From an uncultured delta proteobacterium (GTDB lineage Bacteria > Desulfobacterota > Syntrophorhabdia > Syntrophorhabdales > WCHB1-27), in contig CAVYJH010000014.1 in the NCBI GenBank assembly GCA_963768735.1, positions 22,233 through 86,232 on the forward strand: DNA of 64,000 nt. The letters are read 5' to 3'. The position numbers and the translations under genes were made by a program. Positions 47,430 to 57,386 of this stretch are shown here, in pieces. The notes under the pieces are model-generated. The model did not search any database, was not told the DNA's origin, and was given only the letters and a program-made list of their open reading frames with translations. Each line of letters opens with the position of its first letter. The first letter of the stretch is position 1.

Positions 47430-48443
47430 TCAGCGCGCGCCATACCACTTCTCATAATAGCTGAGATACTCCCCTGTCTTGATCTTCTCCCACCAGTCCT
47501 TGTGCTCCACGTACCACCGCACCGTCTCTTCCATCCCCGTCCTGAAGGGCACGGCTACCTCGAAGCCGAGGGCGCTTCGTATTTTTGTGTTGTCTATGGC
47601 GTACCTGCGGTCGTGGCCCGGCCTGTCCTTGACATACCTGATGAGGCTGCGGGGTTTTTGAAGGACCTCCAGGATCAGCTCCACGATTTCGAGGTTGTTC
47701 CTTTCATTGCCGGCGCCCACGTTGTAGACGTTGCCGGGGACGCCCTTTTCCAGCACGAGGGCAAGGGCCGCGCAGTGGTCGGACACGTGTATCCAGTCCC
47801 GCACGTTCAGGCCGTCACCGTAAATGGGCAGTTCGCGGTCAACGAGGGCGTTGCTGACGAGGAGCGGTATCAGCTTCTCCGGGAACTGGTAAGGGCCGTA
47901 GTTGTTCGAGCAGCGGGTGATTACCACCGGCAGGCCGAAGGTCGTGTGGTACGACATCGCGAGCAGGTCGGCCGAGGCCTTTGACGCGGAGTAGGGGCTA
48001 TTGGGCGCGAGAGGCGTCTCTTCCCTGAATTTCCCGGTCTCTCCCAGGCTGCCGTACACCTCATCGGTCGACACCTGGAGGAACTTTTTCGTGCCCTTAC
48101 GGCGAGCCTGCTCCAGGAGGAGGTAAGTGCCGTAGATATTGGTTGTCACGAAGGCGCCCGGATCGATGATGCTCCTGTCCACGTGAGATTCCGCGGCAAA
48201 ATTGACCACCGCGTCCACGGGTGTCGCGAATGCGCGCTCCACGTCGGCCTCGCTGGCGATGTCGCCCTTCACAAACGTGTATCGGGGATGCGCTTCGAGG
48301 TCCAACAGGTTCTCCAGGTTTCCGGCGTAGGTCAGCTTATCCAGGTTCGTGACCGTGCAGGCGCCGGAGGAGAGCATGCGGCGGATGAAATTGCTCCCGA
48401 TAAAGCCGCATCCGCCGGTGACGAGAATATGCGGGTCATCCAT
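47430..48443 (-). CDS. rfbB: dTDP-glucose 4,6-dehydratase
   Basis: ILVTGGCGFIGSNF...VVNFAAESHVDRS...YSASKASADLL...RYAIDNTKI. Confidence 0.9.
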   Translation of the reverse strand: MDDPHILVTGGCGFIGSNFIRRMLSSGACTVTNLDKLTYAGNLENLLDLEAHPRYTFVKGDIASEADVERAFATPVDAVVNFAAESHVDRSIIDPGAFVTTNIYGTYLLLEQARRKGTKKFLQVSTDEVYGSLGETGKFREETPLAPNSPYSASKASADLLAMSYHTTFGLPVVITRCSNNYGPYQFPEKLIPLLVSNALVDRELPIYGDGLNVRDWIHVSDHCAALALVLEKGVPGNVYNVGAGNERNNLEIVELILEVLQKPRSLIRYVKDRPGHDRRYAIDNTKIRSALGFEVAVPFRTGMEETVRWYVEHKDWWEKIKTGEYLSYYEKWYGAR

Positions 48444-48891
48444 CTTTTCTCACCCACCTGTAAGGAATATTGTTGTTATGTGGGTCCAGCCTGTACTCGT
48501 CGGGCGCACCCGCGTTGTAAGGTTCCGTGGGTACGTTGATGACGAGGGCCTCCTCGGTGGATACACATTTCCATCCGTGGTAGACCATCTTCGGCACCTT
48601 GACCAGGGAAGGGTTATAGTCGCCGAGAAAAAACTCATTGATCTCCCCCCGCGTCGGCGAGCCGTCCCTGTCGTCGTAGAGCACGAGCTTGAGCGTGCCC
48701 TTGACGCAGGTGATAAAATCGTCCTGCACCTTGTGGTAGTGCCAGGCTTTCACTACCTGGGGATAGGTGGTGGTCATGTAGACCTGGCCGAACCGCACAA
48801 AAAGGTCTTCGTCGCAGCGGAGGATCTCCATGAGCCTGCCCCGTTCGTCAGGAATGAGCTTAAGACGTTTTACTGCTGCTCCATCGATCAT
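48436..48891 (-). CDS. dTDP-4-dehydrorhamnose 3,5-epimerase-family cupin protein
   Basis: IPDERGRLMEI...GQVYMTTTYPQVVKAWHYHKVQDDFITCVKG...VPKMVYHGW. Shorter than canonical RfbC. Overlaps the rfbB start. Confidence 0.7.
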   Translation of the reverse strand: MIDGAAVKRLKLIPDERGRLMEILRCDEDLFVRFGQVYMTTTYPQVVKAWHYHKVQDDFITCVKGTLKLVLYDDRDGSPTRGEINEFFLGDYNPSLVKVPKMVYHGWKCVSTEEALVINVPTEPYNAGAPDEYRLDPHNNNIPYRWVRKDG

Positions 48892-48939
48892 ATATGGGTC
48901 CTTTCCCGGTAAAATGGCGTGTCCGTATCTCCTGCGTCA

Positions 48940-51058
48940 TCAATATGTTCCGACCGGTGTGCCCGGCGCGACCGGCGCCACCGTCCCCATTGGCGCCACC
49001 GGTGTGATTTTTTGCGTGATGCCCATCAAATTGAAAGACAAATGGAAGCTCGTATCCTTCGGGACCTTCGTTTGCATTAAGGTAAACGTGAGACCCCAGC
49101 AGCCTGGGTGGTAAGTAAGGGAGGTGAGGGTATTGATCCATTCATGATTCAAAAGGTCGTACGTAATCACGTAGTTTACGTCGATAACTTTCCATCTCAG
49201 ATACGTGCTCAGCCACACCTGGTCGACAAAACCCGGCGAGTAGCTATGGCTCACGCTGATCTGGAACCTCGGCTGCGAAGCATAGAATATACCGTTCGTC
49301 ATGTTTTGTAAACCTTTGCCCGCCACGCTCCAGTAGTCGTCATGGACATACCAGAACCTCGCGTGGGGAAAGAGGGTGAACCTGCTGTGCACTTCGGAGA
49401 GACGGTTTTCATCGGCCTTGACCACCTGATACAGGTAGGGATCGCCGGGGAGCTTGCCCGTCAGCCCGTAGGTCTGGCTTATCTCCAGGAGTGATAGCTC
49501 CCTGACCTGGCCGTTACTTACCGCGTTCAGGTAATGGTTCAGGGAATATGTTGCGGTATTCGTGTTGAACGTCCGGTCCGAGGGGTCTATGGAAGGGGTT
49601 CTTGCGATGGAGGTCGTGTTCTGATCGTAATTATACTGCAGCCGGGGCGTGATAATGCTCTGAACGTTTCCGAGGCCGAAGAGTGTTGTGGATGACTCTT
49701 TGAGGAACTGGGCGTTTACATCGCCCTGCGCCGCGAACGCTTCATGGTGGATAGCGTCGTTGGTTCCGGGCGAAGCAGGGTCGGCGGCATATGCCTTTTC
49801 CAGCAGGCTCGCCGAGCCGAGGAAATTCAACCCGTTCCAGGAGTATGGGATCCTCACGGTCGGCGTGATGGCAAGTCTGCTATCCCTATCGCCCTTGTCC
49901 CTCCAGAAGTTTGTCAGGTCGGCTGCCACGTCGTAATAGAGCCTGTTTTTCGCAAAGGGCAGGTACTCGGTAAAATAGGACGCCGAAGGGAGATATTGCA
50001 GGGTGCCGCCGTTGCTTTTCTGCGTAAGGTCTTGAAAATACATGCCTTCAACGGTCAGGAGGGAGTTGGGGAGAGGCTTCTCGACAAACGCGACATCCCG
50101 CAGGGAGCTTTCGCTTCTCTCGATCGTCGTTAGTCCCAGGTCTTGCAAATACTGGTAGTCGGAGACGTAATTGACCCGCGTCTTGAAGGTCATATCGCCG
50201 AACATCTGCTGGTGTTCTCCCTTTATCTGGTAGCGCTCACGCTGGTCTTTCTTGTCATCGATTTCCGAGGCGTACCACTGGCCCCTTGTGGTGTCCGTCA
50301 GCCAGTACCTGTACTCCGCGCTCGGTTTGAAGCCCCGCTCCTCTATCCAGTCGAGGCCGAAGGTCGCGTCCGTATCTTTTGAGATTGCCCAGTAATACGC
50401 GTTCCTCGAGGATCATCCCGTCCCGGCTCGACAACTGGAACAGTGGCATGAGGAAGCCCGATTGCCTCTCCTTTTTCACAGGGAACAGGCTCCAGGGCAG
50501 GTAGAGCATCTTGTGGCCCATGAAGGTGAAGGTGCTCGAGTAGGCAGTCGCGTACTCGCCCATGGTCAAACGGATCTCTTTCGCCCTGAATGTCCAGGAA
50601 GGCTTATCCGAGCCGCAGGTGGTGAACTCGCCCTTGTGGACTATGTAGGACGATTCCCCGACCTTTTCTATCTCCTTCCCATTCATGGTGAAATTGTTCG
50701 CCTTCATGAAGACCTGCCCGTTTTCTATAGTGCCGCGCTGCGTTACCATGTTGAGGGACATCCGCTCCGCGTGGATCACGTCCCCCGGGTCCTGAAAGAG
50801 GACGTGCCCTTCGGCAAAGGCGTCCTGGGTCGTGTCGTTGTAGATGACGAAGTCGGCGTTGAGCACCCTCGTCCCTTCCTTCATCTCCACGTCCCCTTCC
50901 GCGGTGTAGACGTTCTGCTCCTTGTTGTAGTTAAGCTCTCTCGCGGTAATTTCAACGGGACCGGTCATCTTGGACGGTTTTGCGACCTGCGCGTGAAGCT
51001 CGGAAGGCAGCAGCATGGCGAGCAGTAACAGGACGAAAAGGAGCCTAGGGCCGATCAT
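48940..51058 (-). CDS. lptD: LPS-assembly outer-membrane protein LptD, with an apparent 1-nt insertion near 50404
   Basis: N-terminal OstA domain (ITARELNYNKEQNVYTAEGDVEM...) in track ORF 50255-51124 and the beta-barrel part in 48940-50205. Removing one base restores ...DGMILENAYYWAISKDTDATFGLDW... The start is taken at MIGPRLLFVLLLL (51058). Confidence 0.8.
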
Positions 51059-52310
51059 CGAGGAGCCTTTTTGCCTCTCCGACGGTGTAAAAGGAGCCGG
51101 TAATAATGATGAGGTCATGTTCATCGGCTAGGGCATTGGCTCTGTCTACGGCGTCTTTCACCGAAGCGGCGATGAGGGCGCCCGGCGCGTAGCGGGCGAC
51201 GTCGCTTGGAAGGGCGGCCCGCTCGATTTCCGGCCTTGTCAGGATGATCTGCTGCACTACGGGTAGGAGCTGCCGCAGCATCTCCTTGAAGTCCTTGTCT
51301 TTCATCACTCCGAAGACGAGTATCTTCTTCCTGTTCACAAAGTGGTTTTTCAGGTACTCCACGAGGGTGCCCACCCCGCTGGGGTTGTGCGCGCCGTCGA
51401 TGAGGACGAGAGGTTTTCCCGGTTTGCGGAGCAGCTCCAGCCTCGCCGGCCACTGTGCCGACGCAAGCCCCTTCCTGACTGCATACTCTTTGACGGGGAA
51501 ACCGGCCGGGCCGAGGACCTCGAGCGCGCAGAGGGCGAGGGCCGCGTTGAAAAGCTGGTGGTCCCCCCTGAGGCCGAGGGAAAGGTCGTCGTAGGTCATG
51601 TGTATGCCGCGGTACCACATAAGCTGCTCGCCTTTCTTCTTGTACGTAAAGTTCACGTCCAGCGCGTAGAGGGCGGTGTTCGCCGCCGCCGCTTTTATGA
51701 TATCGAGGGGCTCGCCCTTTGCCCCGGTGACGACCGGCACATGCTCCTTTACCACGCCCGCCTTTTCCTGCGCGATCTCCCGGATTGTAGTTCCCAGGTA
51801 TTCCTGGTGGTCGAGGGCGACGTTCGTGATGACGGCGACGAGAGGGCACAGCACGTTGGTCGAGTCGAGCCTTCCTCCGAGCCCAGTCTCCACCACCGCG
51901 ATGGCGACGCCTTTTCTCCTGAAATATTCAAAGGCGAGGGCGGTTGTGAAATCGAAGAACGTGAGGGGCTTCTCCTGTGCTTCCTGGTCCATCCGCTCTT
52001 TGATGAACTCCGTCAGCTCGGCGACCTCCTCTTCCGTGATGCACTCGCCATTGACGGCGATACGCTCCGTGAACGAGATGAGGTGGGGGGACGTGTACGT
52101 GCCTGTCAGATAGCCCGCCGTTCTCAATATTTCCGACAACATGGAGGCAACCGAGCCTTTCCCGTTGGTGCCGGCGATGTGGACCGCTTTCAGGGAGTCC
52201 TGCGGGTTGCCGATGAGCCCAAGAAGCCACGTAATATTCTCCAGACCGAATACCATGCCGAACTTTTCAAGGCCGTACAGGTAATCGAGAATTTTGGAGT
52301 ACTCTTTCAT
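51045..52310 (-). CDS. folC: Folylpolyglutamate synthase / dihydrofolate synthase
   Basis: HIAGTNGKGSV (P-loop), TSPHL, VVETGLGGRLDSTNV, DGAHNP. Confidence 0.9.
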   Translation of the reverse strand: MKEYSKILDYLYGLEKFGMVFGLENITWLLGLIGNPQDSLKAVHIAGTNGKGSVASMLSEILRTAGYLTGTYTSPHLISFTERIAVNGECITEEEVAELTEFIKERMDQEAQEKPLTFFDFTTALAFEYFRRKGVAIAVVETGLGGRLDSTNVLCPLVAVITNVALDHQEYLGTTIREIAQEKAGVVKEHVPVVTGAKGEPLDIIKAAAANTALYALDVNFTYKKKGEQLMWYRGIHMTYDDLSLGLRGDHQLFNAALALCALEVLGPAGFPVKEYAVRKGLASAQWPARLELLRKPGKPLVLIDGAHNPSGVGTLVEYLKNHFVNRKKILVFGVMKDKDFKEMLRQLLPVVQQIILTRPEIERAALPSDVARYAPGALIAASVKDAVDRANALADEHDLIIITGSFYTVGEAKRLLDDRP

Positions 52311-53203
52311 GCGGCAATAAGAGAGAGGATATCGTATAAGCGCTGTTTGAGTCGTTTTCTCGGCGATATGAGATCGATCATGCCGTGTTCCAGCAGGTAC
52401 TCCGATCTCTGGAAGCCGTGGGGCAGCTCCACTTTTATCGTGTCTTTGATCACCCTCGACCCTGCAAAGCCTATCATGGCCTTCGGCTCGCCGATGATGA
52501 TATCTCCCAGCATGGCGATGCTCGCGCTCACGCCCCCCAGGGTGGGGTCGGTGATGACGCTGATGTAGGGGACCCGCTTGCTCTTGAGCCTGTATATGGC
52601 CCCCGCCACCTTCGACATCTGCATGAGGGACATGATCCCCTCCTGCATCCTGGCACCCCCGGAAGCGCAGAATACGATTACGGGCAGCCCCTTATCCCTG
52701 CCCTCCTCGAGGAGTCTCGTGATCTTTTCTCCCACCACCGACCCCAGGCTCCCGCCCATGAAGCTGAAGTCGAAGATCGCGGCGAGCACACTGATGCCCT
52801 CTATCCGCGCACTACCGCAGACGACCGCGTCGCTTCGTTTCGTCGTCTCCTTTGTCTCGCTGAGGCGCACCTTGTAGCTCTTCGTGTCCTTGAATTTGAG
52901 AAAGTCGACCGGCTCTACGCCTGTATAGAGCTCCATAAAACTCCCCTCATCGAAGGTGAGGCCGATGCGCCTCTCGACGGAAATGGGGAAGTGGTACGAG
53001 CACTTGAGACAGACGTTCAGGTTTCTTTCGACCTCCTTTCTGTAGAGCAGTTCCTGGCAGGAGCTGCATTTTATCCAGAGGCTTTCTTCCTCTCTTTCAG
53101 CCTTCCTGATCTCTTTCTGGATGTCGATTTCTTTGTGGGGCTTTTTTTCCTTTTCTTTCTTTTTGAAGAGTGCCATCAATTTCTCTATTGAATTTTTGGT
53201 CAA
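52307..53203 (-). CDS. accD: Acetyl-CoA carboxylase carboxyltransferase beta subunit
   Basis: Zn-ribbon CSSC...CLKC, then FSFMGGSLGSVVGEKI and CASGGARMQEG. Confidence 0.9.
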   Translation of the reverse strand: MTKNSIEKLMALFKKKEKEKKPHKEIDIQKEIRKAEREEESLWIKCSSCQELLYRKEVERNLNVCLKCSYHFPISVERRIGLTFDEGSFMELYTGVEPVDFLKFKDTKSYKVRLSETKETTKRSDAVVCGSARIEGISVLAAIFDFSFMGGSLGSVVGEKITRLLEEGRDKGLPVIVFCASGGARMQEGIMSLMQMSKVAGAIYRLKSKRVPYISVITDPTLGGVSASIAMLGDIIIGEPKAMIGFAGSRVIKDTIKVELPHGFQRSEYLLEHGMIDLISPRKRLKQRLYDILSLIAA

Positions 53204-53225
53204 AACCTACCAAAATAAATGGGTT

Positions 53226-53912
53226 GTGTCAACTAAAAGGGTCATCATAACCGGCGAGGAACGCCTCGAAGGCGTGCTCCGGGAAGGGGCAGGGAAGGGC
53301 GGCGTGGTCATCTGCCATCCCCACCCCCTCTACGGGGGGTCCATGTGGAACAACGTGGTGGACGCCCTGGAGACAGGTTTTTTCCAGGCGGGTTTCAGCA
53401 CGCTGAAGTTCGACTTCCGTGGCGTGGGCGCAAGCACGGGCCGGTATGACGAGGGCGCGGGTGAGATGAGGGACGCGGCGGCAGCGTGCCGGTATCTGGA
53501 AGAGCATACGGGCGGGGGCGAGCGATTGGTGCTGGCCGGCTACTCCTTCGGCGCCTGGGTGGCCGCGAGGGCCGGCATTTATTGGGGTTCAGCACCCCCT
53601 CCACTGGCAGAGCCAGCGGAGCCTCCCCGCTCAACTCGCTTCGCTCGATTTACCGACCTCGACCTCTGCCTTGTGGCCTACCCGTTTTCCGTGTACCGCA
53701 GCGATGAGCTGCGCGCCTTTCGGGGAAAGATCTGTTTCATCGGCGGCTCTCTCGATGAGATATCGCCTCTTGATGCGCTCCTTGACCTCTACAGGGAGCT
53801 GCCTGCCGATAAATCGCTCAAGGTGGTCCCTTCCGGCCATACCTTCGACGGGGAGGAGCCGGAGATCACCGCCTTTATCCGCGACACCTTCGGCAGGCCG
53901 GGCGAGGCCTGA
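53226..53912 (+). CDS. Alpha/beta-hydrolase-fold protein
   Basis: GVVICHPHPLYGGSMWNNVV...FDFRGVGAS...LAGYSFGAW (nucleophile elbow). GTG 53226 is chosen as the start because the track start 53121 overlaps accD. Confidence 0.6.
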   Translation: MSTKRVIITGEERLEGVLREGAGKGGVVICHPHPLYGGSMWNNVVDALETGFFQAGFSTLKFDFRGVGASTGRYDEGAGEMRDAAAACRYLEEHTGGGERLVLAGYSFGAWVAARAGIYWGSAPPPLAEPAEPPRSTRFARFTDLDLCLVAYPFSVYRSDELRAFRGKICFIGGSLDEISPLDALLDLYRELPADKSLKVVPSGHTFDGEEPEITAFIRDTFGRPGEA

Positions 53913-54856
53913 TGCCCCTCAACGCGGTCGCGGGAGCCGACGTAAAGCTCATCATGGTGGGGGGCAAGGGCGGCGTGGGGAAGACCACGTGCGCCTCGGC
54001 CATTGCCCTCGGTCTTGCGGAGAGCGGCAGGAAAGTCCTGCTCATTTCCAGCGACCCGACGCCGTCTCTCTCCGACATTTACGAGCAGGAGATCGGGAGC
54101 ACGGAGAAAAGAATACTTGAGGACCACGCGCTCTACGGCCTTGAGATCTCATCGGACGTGGTGCTTGCAGGATGGAAGGAGCGGTTCGGGAAAGAGATTC
54201 ACGCGGTGATATCGAGCTTCGCGGACGTGGACTATGACTTCGTCGACTACGTGGGGACTGCCCCGGGGATAGAAGAGGAGTATATGCTCTATTTTATCCA
54301 GGAGCTGACGAAGAACGGGAACTACGACGTAGTCGTCTGGGACACCGCCCCCGCGGGTCATACGCTCCGGCTGCTGCGTCTGCCCCATCTTTTCCTGAGC
54401 CATCTTGAAGGGGCGACGAAATTCTACATGAACATGTACAGCATGGTCGAGCGCATTAAAGATACCGTGCGGCTCCAATCCTCGAAAAGGACGCTCCTTC
54501 AGGTCATAAGAAGCTGGGAGGAGCTGTCCCGGGGGATCATCGAGTTCATCAGGGAGCCGGGGACCACGAGGTACGTGCTCGTCACGATACCGGAGGCCCT
54601 GGGTGTGCGCCTGACGGAGAGGGTACTACGAGAGCTTGGCGAGAACGGGCTCCGGGTAGGCGACCTCATCATCAACCATATCGTGAAGGAGAGGGACTGC
54701 GAGTTTCACCGGATGAGACAGGAGATGCAGCAGAAGTACATCCGGTCGTTGGAAGAGACCTGCGCAGGGATCAACGTGAGCCGGCTCTACCTTTCTCCCT
54801 ACGAAATAAAGGGCGTCGAGAGGATACGCGAGATAGCGCACTCGCTCTTCGCGTAA
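53912..54856 (+). CDS. ArsA/GET3-family anion-transport-type ATPase
   Basis: VGGKGGVGKTTCASAIAL (deviant Walker A), DTAPAGHTLRLL (switch II). ATGA-type overlap with the upstream gene. Confidence 0.8.
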   Translation: MPLNAVAGADVKLIMVGGKGGVGKTTCASAIALGLAESGRKVLLISSDPTPSLSDIYEQEIGSTEKRILEDHALYGLEISSDVVLAGWKERFGKEIHAVISSFADVDYDFVDYVGTAPGIEEEYMLYFIQELTKNGNYDVVVWDTAPAGHTLRLLRLPHLFLSHLEGATKFYMNMYSMVERIKDTVRLQSSKRTLLQVIRSWEELSRGIIEFIREPGTTRYVLVTIPEALGVRLTERVLRELGENGLRVGDLIINHIVKERDCEFHRMRQEMQQKYIRSLEETCAGINVSRLYLSPYEIKGVERIREIAHSLFA

Positions 54857-54879
54857 TATTTTCTTGCTTCCTTCTCACT

Positions 54880-55023
54880 TCAAATGGGTAACCCAGTCTT
54901 GCTGTAGTCCAGCTTTCCCGTGAGCATGTAGATCATGGTTTTGAGGTTCTTGAAGGTTCTGCAACCCCGCGCTTTCGCCTTGGCCGCCTGGACCAGGCTG
55001 TTGAGCCCTTCCAGATCCCGAGC
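54880..55023 (-). pseudogene. C-terminal remnant (48 aa) of a DDE transposase, probably ISL3 family
   Basis: Manual translation ARDLEGLNSLVQAAKAKARGCRTFKNLKTMIYMLTGKLDYSKTGLPI*, with an in-frame stop immediately upstream. The family is assigned from memory. Confidence 0.5.
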
Positions 55024-55029
55024 TCACCG

Positions 55030-55270
55030 CAAAGGCGGCCAGGAAGCGGCTTTCGAGACTGGGTGTGAAGACCCTTTTCATAGAACCGGGAAGCCTCTGG
55101 GAGAACGGCTATGTAGAATCGTTCAACGCGAGGCTAAGAGACGATCTCCTAGACAGAGAGATCTTCACGGCCCTCCTTGAGGCGCAGGTACTGATAAAGG
55201 CCGGAGAAGGCATTACAATACAGTGAGGCCGCACAGCGCCCTCGGCTGAAAGCCACCGGCCCCGGAGGCC
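55030..55270 (+). pseudogene. C-terminal remnant of an integrase-core (rve) transposase, IS3-like, with internal frameshifts
   Basis: GVKTLFIEPGSPWENGYVESFNARLRDDLLDREIFTALLEAQVLIKA, then (shifted) RRHYNTVRPHSALG and KPPAPEAIMP. Confidence 0.6.
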
Positions 55271-55362
55271 ATCATGCCCCACAACGGATATCTATTTGGA
55301 AAGACTAACTCTGAAGGTGGTACAATGACTGGGTGCGGGGCAAAACGTCAAAGGATAAGGCG

Positions 55363-56619
55363 ATGAAGTTCATCAGGTGGAGGAAAGACTTTTTTCTGTT
55401 ATGCGTAGCTGGACTTCTGATCTTTGGCGCGTACCCGCCAGGACCTATTGCTGAAACCGATACAGTCCCCTTTCCCTATTATTCCGCCACGCCTTATTAT
55501 AACGCGCGCGACAAAATTTTTGTGTTCAAAGGGACTTACCGGGAAATCGGCAGGCAGTACGCGAGGGCTGTGCCGCTCGCGGGGCCCCTGGACAAATCTC
55601 GGAACTATCTCAGCCGCCTCAGCGAGACAAGCCGCGTGCAACTGCAGAAGAAAATCAGGAACGTGGGAGAACTTCTCGCCAAACGGTTTCCTGCAGCGCT
55701 CGAAATGATGCTCGGCATCGCCGACGCCCAATTAGGGTACTCCCTGCAAGATATCTTACTTACCAACTCCTGCACCACGCTTGTCAACTGGGATTCGTTT
55801 AGCGCATGCAGTTCAATTGCCTTTCGAGAGAACGAAAACATCGTGTTGGGTCAAAATCTGGACCTGGGACAGGCATCACATTGCGCTTTGGCGTTTATCA
55901 TCCCGGATAACGGTCTGGCCTTCTACGCCAGCTTTGCTCCAGGTTACCTGTGGTTCACGACTGGCGTCAACGAAGCAGGCCTATGCGTCACGGGGTCGTC
56001 CATCAATGCGGATTTCAAGGATGAATTCCGGGGCGATCTTTTCCCTATCGAAATGATCATGTTTTATCTGCTTTCGAAGGCGAGGAGCGTGGACGAGGCG
56101 CTTGGCCTGTTGGCGGGAATCCCGCAGCGCGGCCCCCTGCGGGAGGGAGCGAGCCTGCTCCTGGCTGACCGTTCAGGTGCATTGAGGAATATCGAGGTGT
56201 CCCACGATCAGGTGGTCACGAACACCGAACCTGTCTACATTACGACTAACCACTACAGAACTGCGGAACTTTGCTCCTACAATCGACGAAATACCGATAT
56301 GTGTCTACTACTCGAAAAAAACTCAGCCGCTCGTTACCGGAGGGGTGTGGAGTGGTTGAAGGAAGCACCGAGGATTGCCCGTCTGCGAGAGTTTCTCCGG
56401 GACACCGGGGGGGATGGCGCTTGGTGCCAAACGGGCCGGGAACCGGACATAGGATTCACCTCGGCCTCCTATATCATCGACTTCACCCACGGCAGCTTTG
56501 AGTACTGGATCGGACCCACGGTAGCCAATGCAGTGCATCATACGATATCATTGAAGTTCTTAAACCATAGGAAAGTCCCGCCGCCTGATTTTCCGGAATC
56601 CAATTCGCCGCACCAGTAG
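55363..56619 (+). CDS. C45-family (acyl-CoA:6-APA acyltransferase / choloylglycine-hydrolase-like) Ntn hydrolase
   Basis: Signal/anchor MKFIRWRKDFFLLCVAGLLIFGA. Candidate nucleophile Cys in SACSSIAFRENENIVLGQNLD. Size and layout fit peptidase C45. Confidence 0.6.
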   Translation: MKFIRWRKDFFLLCVAGLLIFGAYPPGPIAETDTVPFPYYSATPYYNARDKIFVFKGTYREIGRQYARAVPLAGPLDKSRNYLSRLSETSRVQLQKKIRNVGELLAKRFPAALEMMLGIADAQLGYSLQDILLTNSCTTLVNWDSFSACSSIAFRENENIVLGQNLDLGQASHCALAFIIPDNGLAFYASFAPGYLWFTTGVNEAGLCVTGSSINADFKDEFRGDLFPIEMIMFYLLSKARSVDEALGLLAGIPQRGPLREGASLLLADRSGALRNIEVSHDQVVTNTEPVYITTNHYRTAELCSYNRRNTDMCLLLEKNSAARYRRGVEWLKEAPRIARLREFLRDTGGDGAWCQTGREPDIGFTSASYIIDFTHGSFEYWIGPTVANAVHHTISLKFLNHRKVPPPDFPESNSPHQ

Positions 56620-56670
56620 GCTGTCAAGGCCCGGTAGGAGAAAGGCCAAGGGGGGACCTTCTTCCCTTCT

Positions 56671-57000
56671 TCACAGCGCGAACATTTCCTGCAGAATGGA
56701 GAGCGCGTGCCCCAACGTAGGCGGCGAGAGTTTACCTAGACGGCGGGTCAGGCGCTCGCGGTCGACAGTGCGTATCTGGTCGAGCACGACGAAGCCCTCG
56801 CGGCCCCTGAATCGGCACGGTATACGAAAAGGATAGTGGTGACCTCCCGTGGTAAGGGGCGCCACAATGAAGGTCCGTAAATGAGCATTGAGTTCGTCGG
56901 GTGAGACTATGAGGCAGGGCCGAGTCTTTCGAATCTCCCCGCCCTGGGTTGGGTCGAGGTCCACGAGAAATACGTCCCCCCGGCGCACGTCCGCAGTCAT
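56671..57000 (-). CDS. mazF: MazF/PemK-family toxin (mRNA interferase)
   Basis: RRGDVFLVDLDPTQGGEIRKTRPCLIVSPDELN...APLTT...VLDQIRTVDRERL. The ATG at 57000 forms an ATGA overlap with the mazE stop. Confidence 0.85.
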   Translation of the reverse strand: MTADVRRGDVFLVDLDPTQGGEIRKTRPCLIVSPDELNAHLRTFIVAPLTTGGHHYPFRIPCRFRGREGFVVLDQIRTVDRERLTRRLGKLSPPTLGHALSILQEMFAL

Positions 57001-57248
57001 CACCACGTCCATTCTTTCTCATCAAAATGGGTAGGTGTGGGGGGATCCAGCAATCGATCGTCGTCACCGGCACGCATCTTTCTCGCTTCATCCGCCCATC
57101 CGCTTCGAGGTCGAGCAGTAGCGGCTATCACAACGGCCCCGTCCCGGACCTCAAGCTCCACTTCCTCGGTTAGGCCGGCCTGCTCGATGATTGTCTTGGG
57201 CAGCCGTATTCCTCGTGAATTGCCGATGCGAATGAGTCGAGTCTTCAT
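57000..57248 (-). CDS. mazE: AbrB/MazE-family antitoxin
   Basis: MKTRLIRIGNSRGIRLPKTIIEQAGLTEEVELEVRDGAVVI, a SpoVT/AbrB swapped-hairpin motif. Confidence 0.85.
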   Translation of the reverse strand: MKTRLIRIGNSRGIRLPKTIIEQAGLTEEVELEVRDGAVVIAATARPRSGWADEARKMRAGDDDRLLDPPTPTHFDEKEWTW

Positions 57249-57386
57249 TGAGTCGAGCCTCCATCTCCTTGTAGCGTAATTACATTATAAGCACATGGAA
57301 TCAGATACGTCAAGCATCCTTGGGATAGGCGTTGAAAAGGCCGGGAAACCGGAACGATATGCCGTGTGTAGAGCAGAGAAGGAAAA

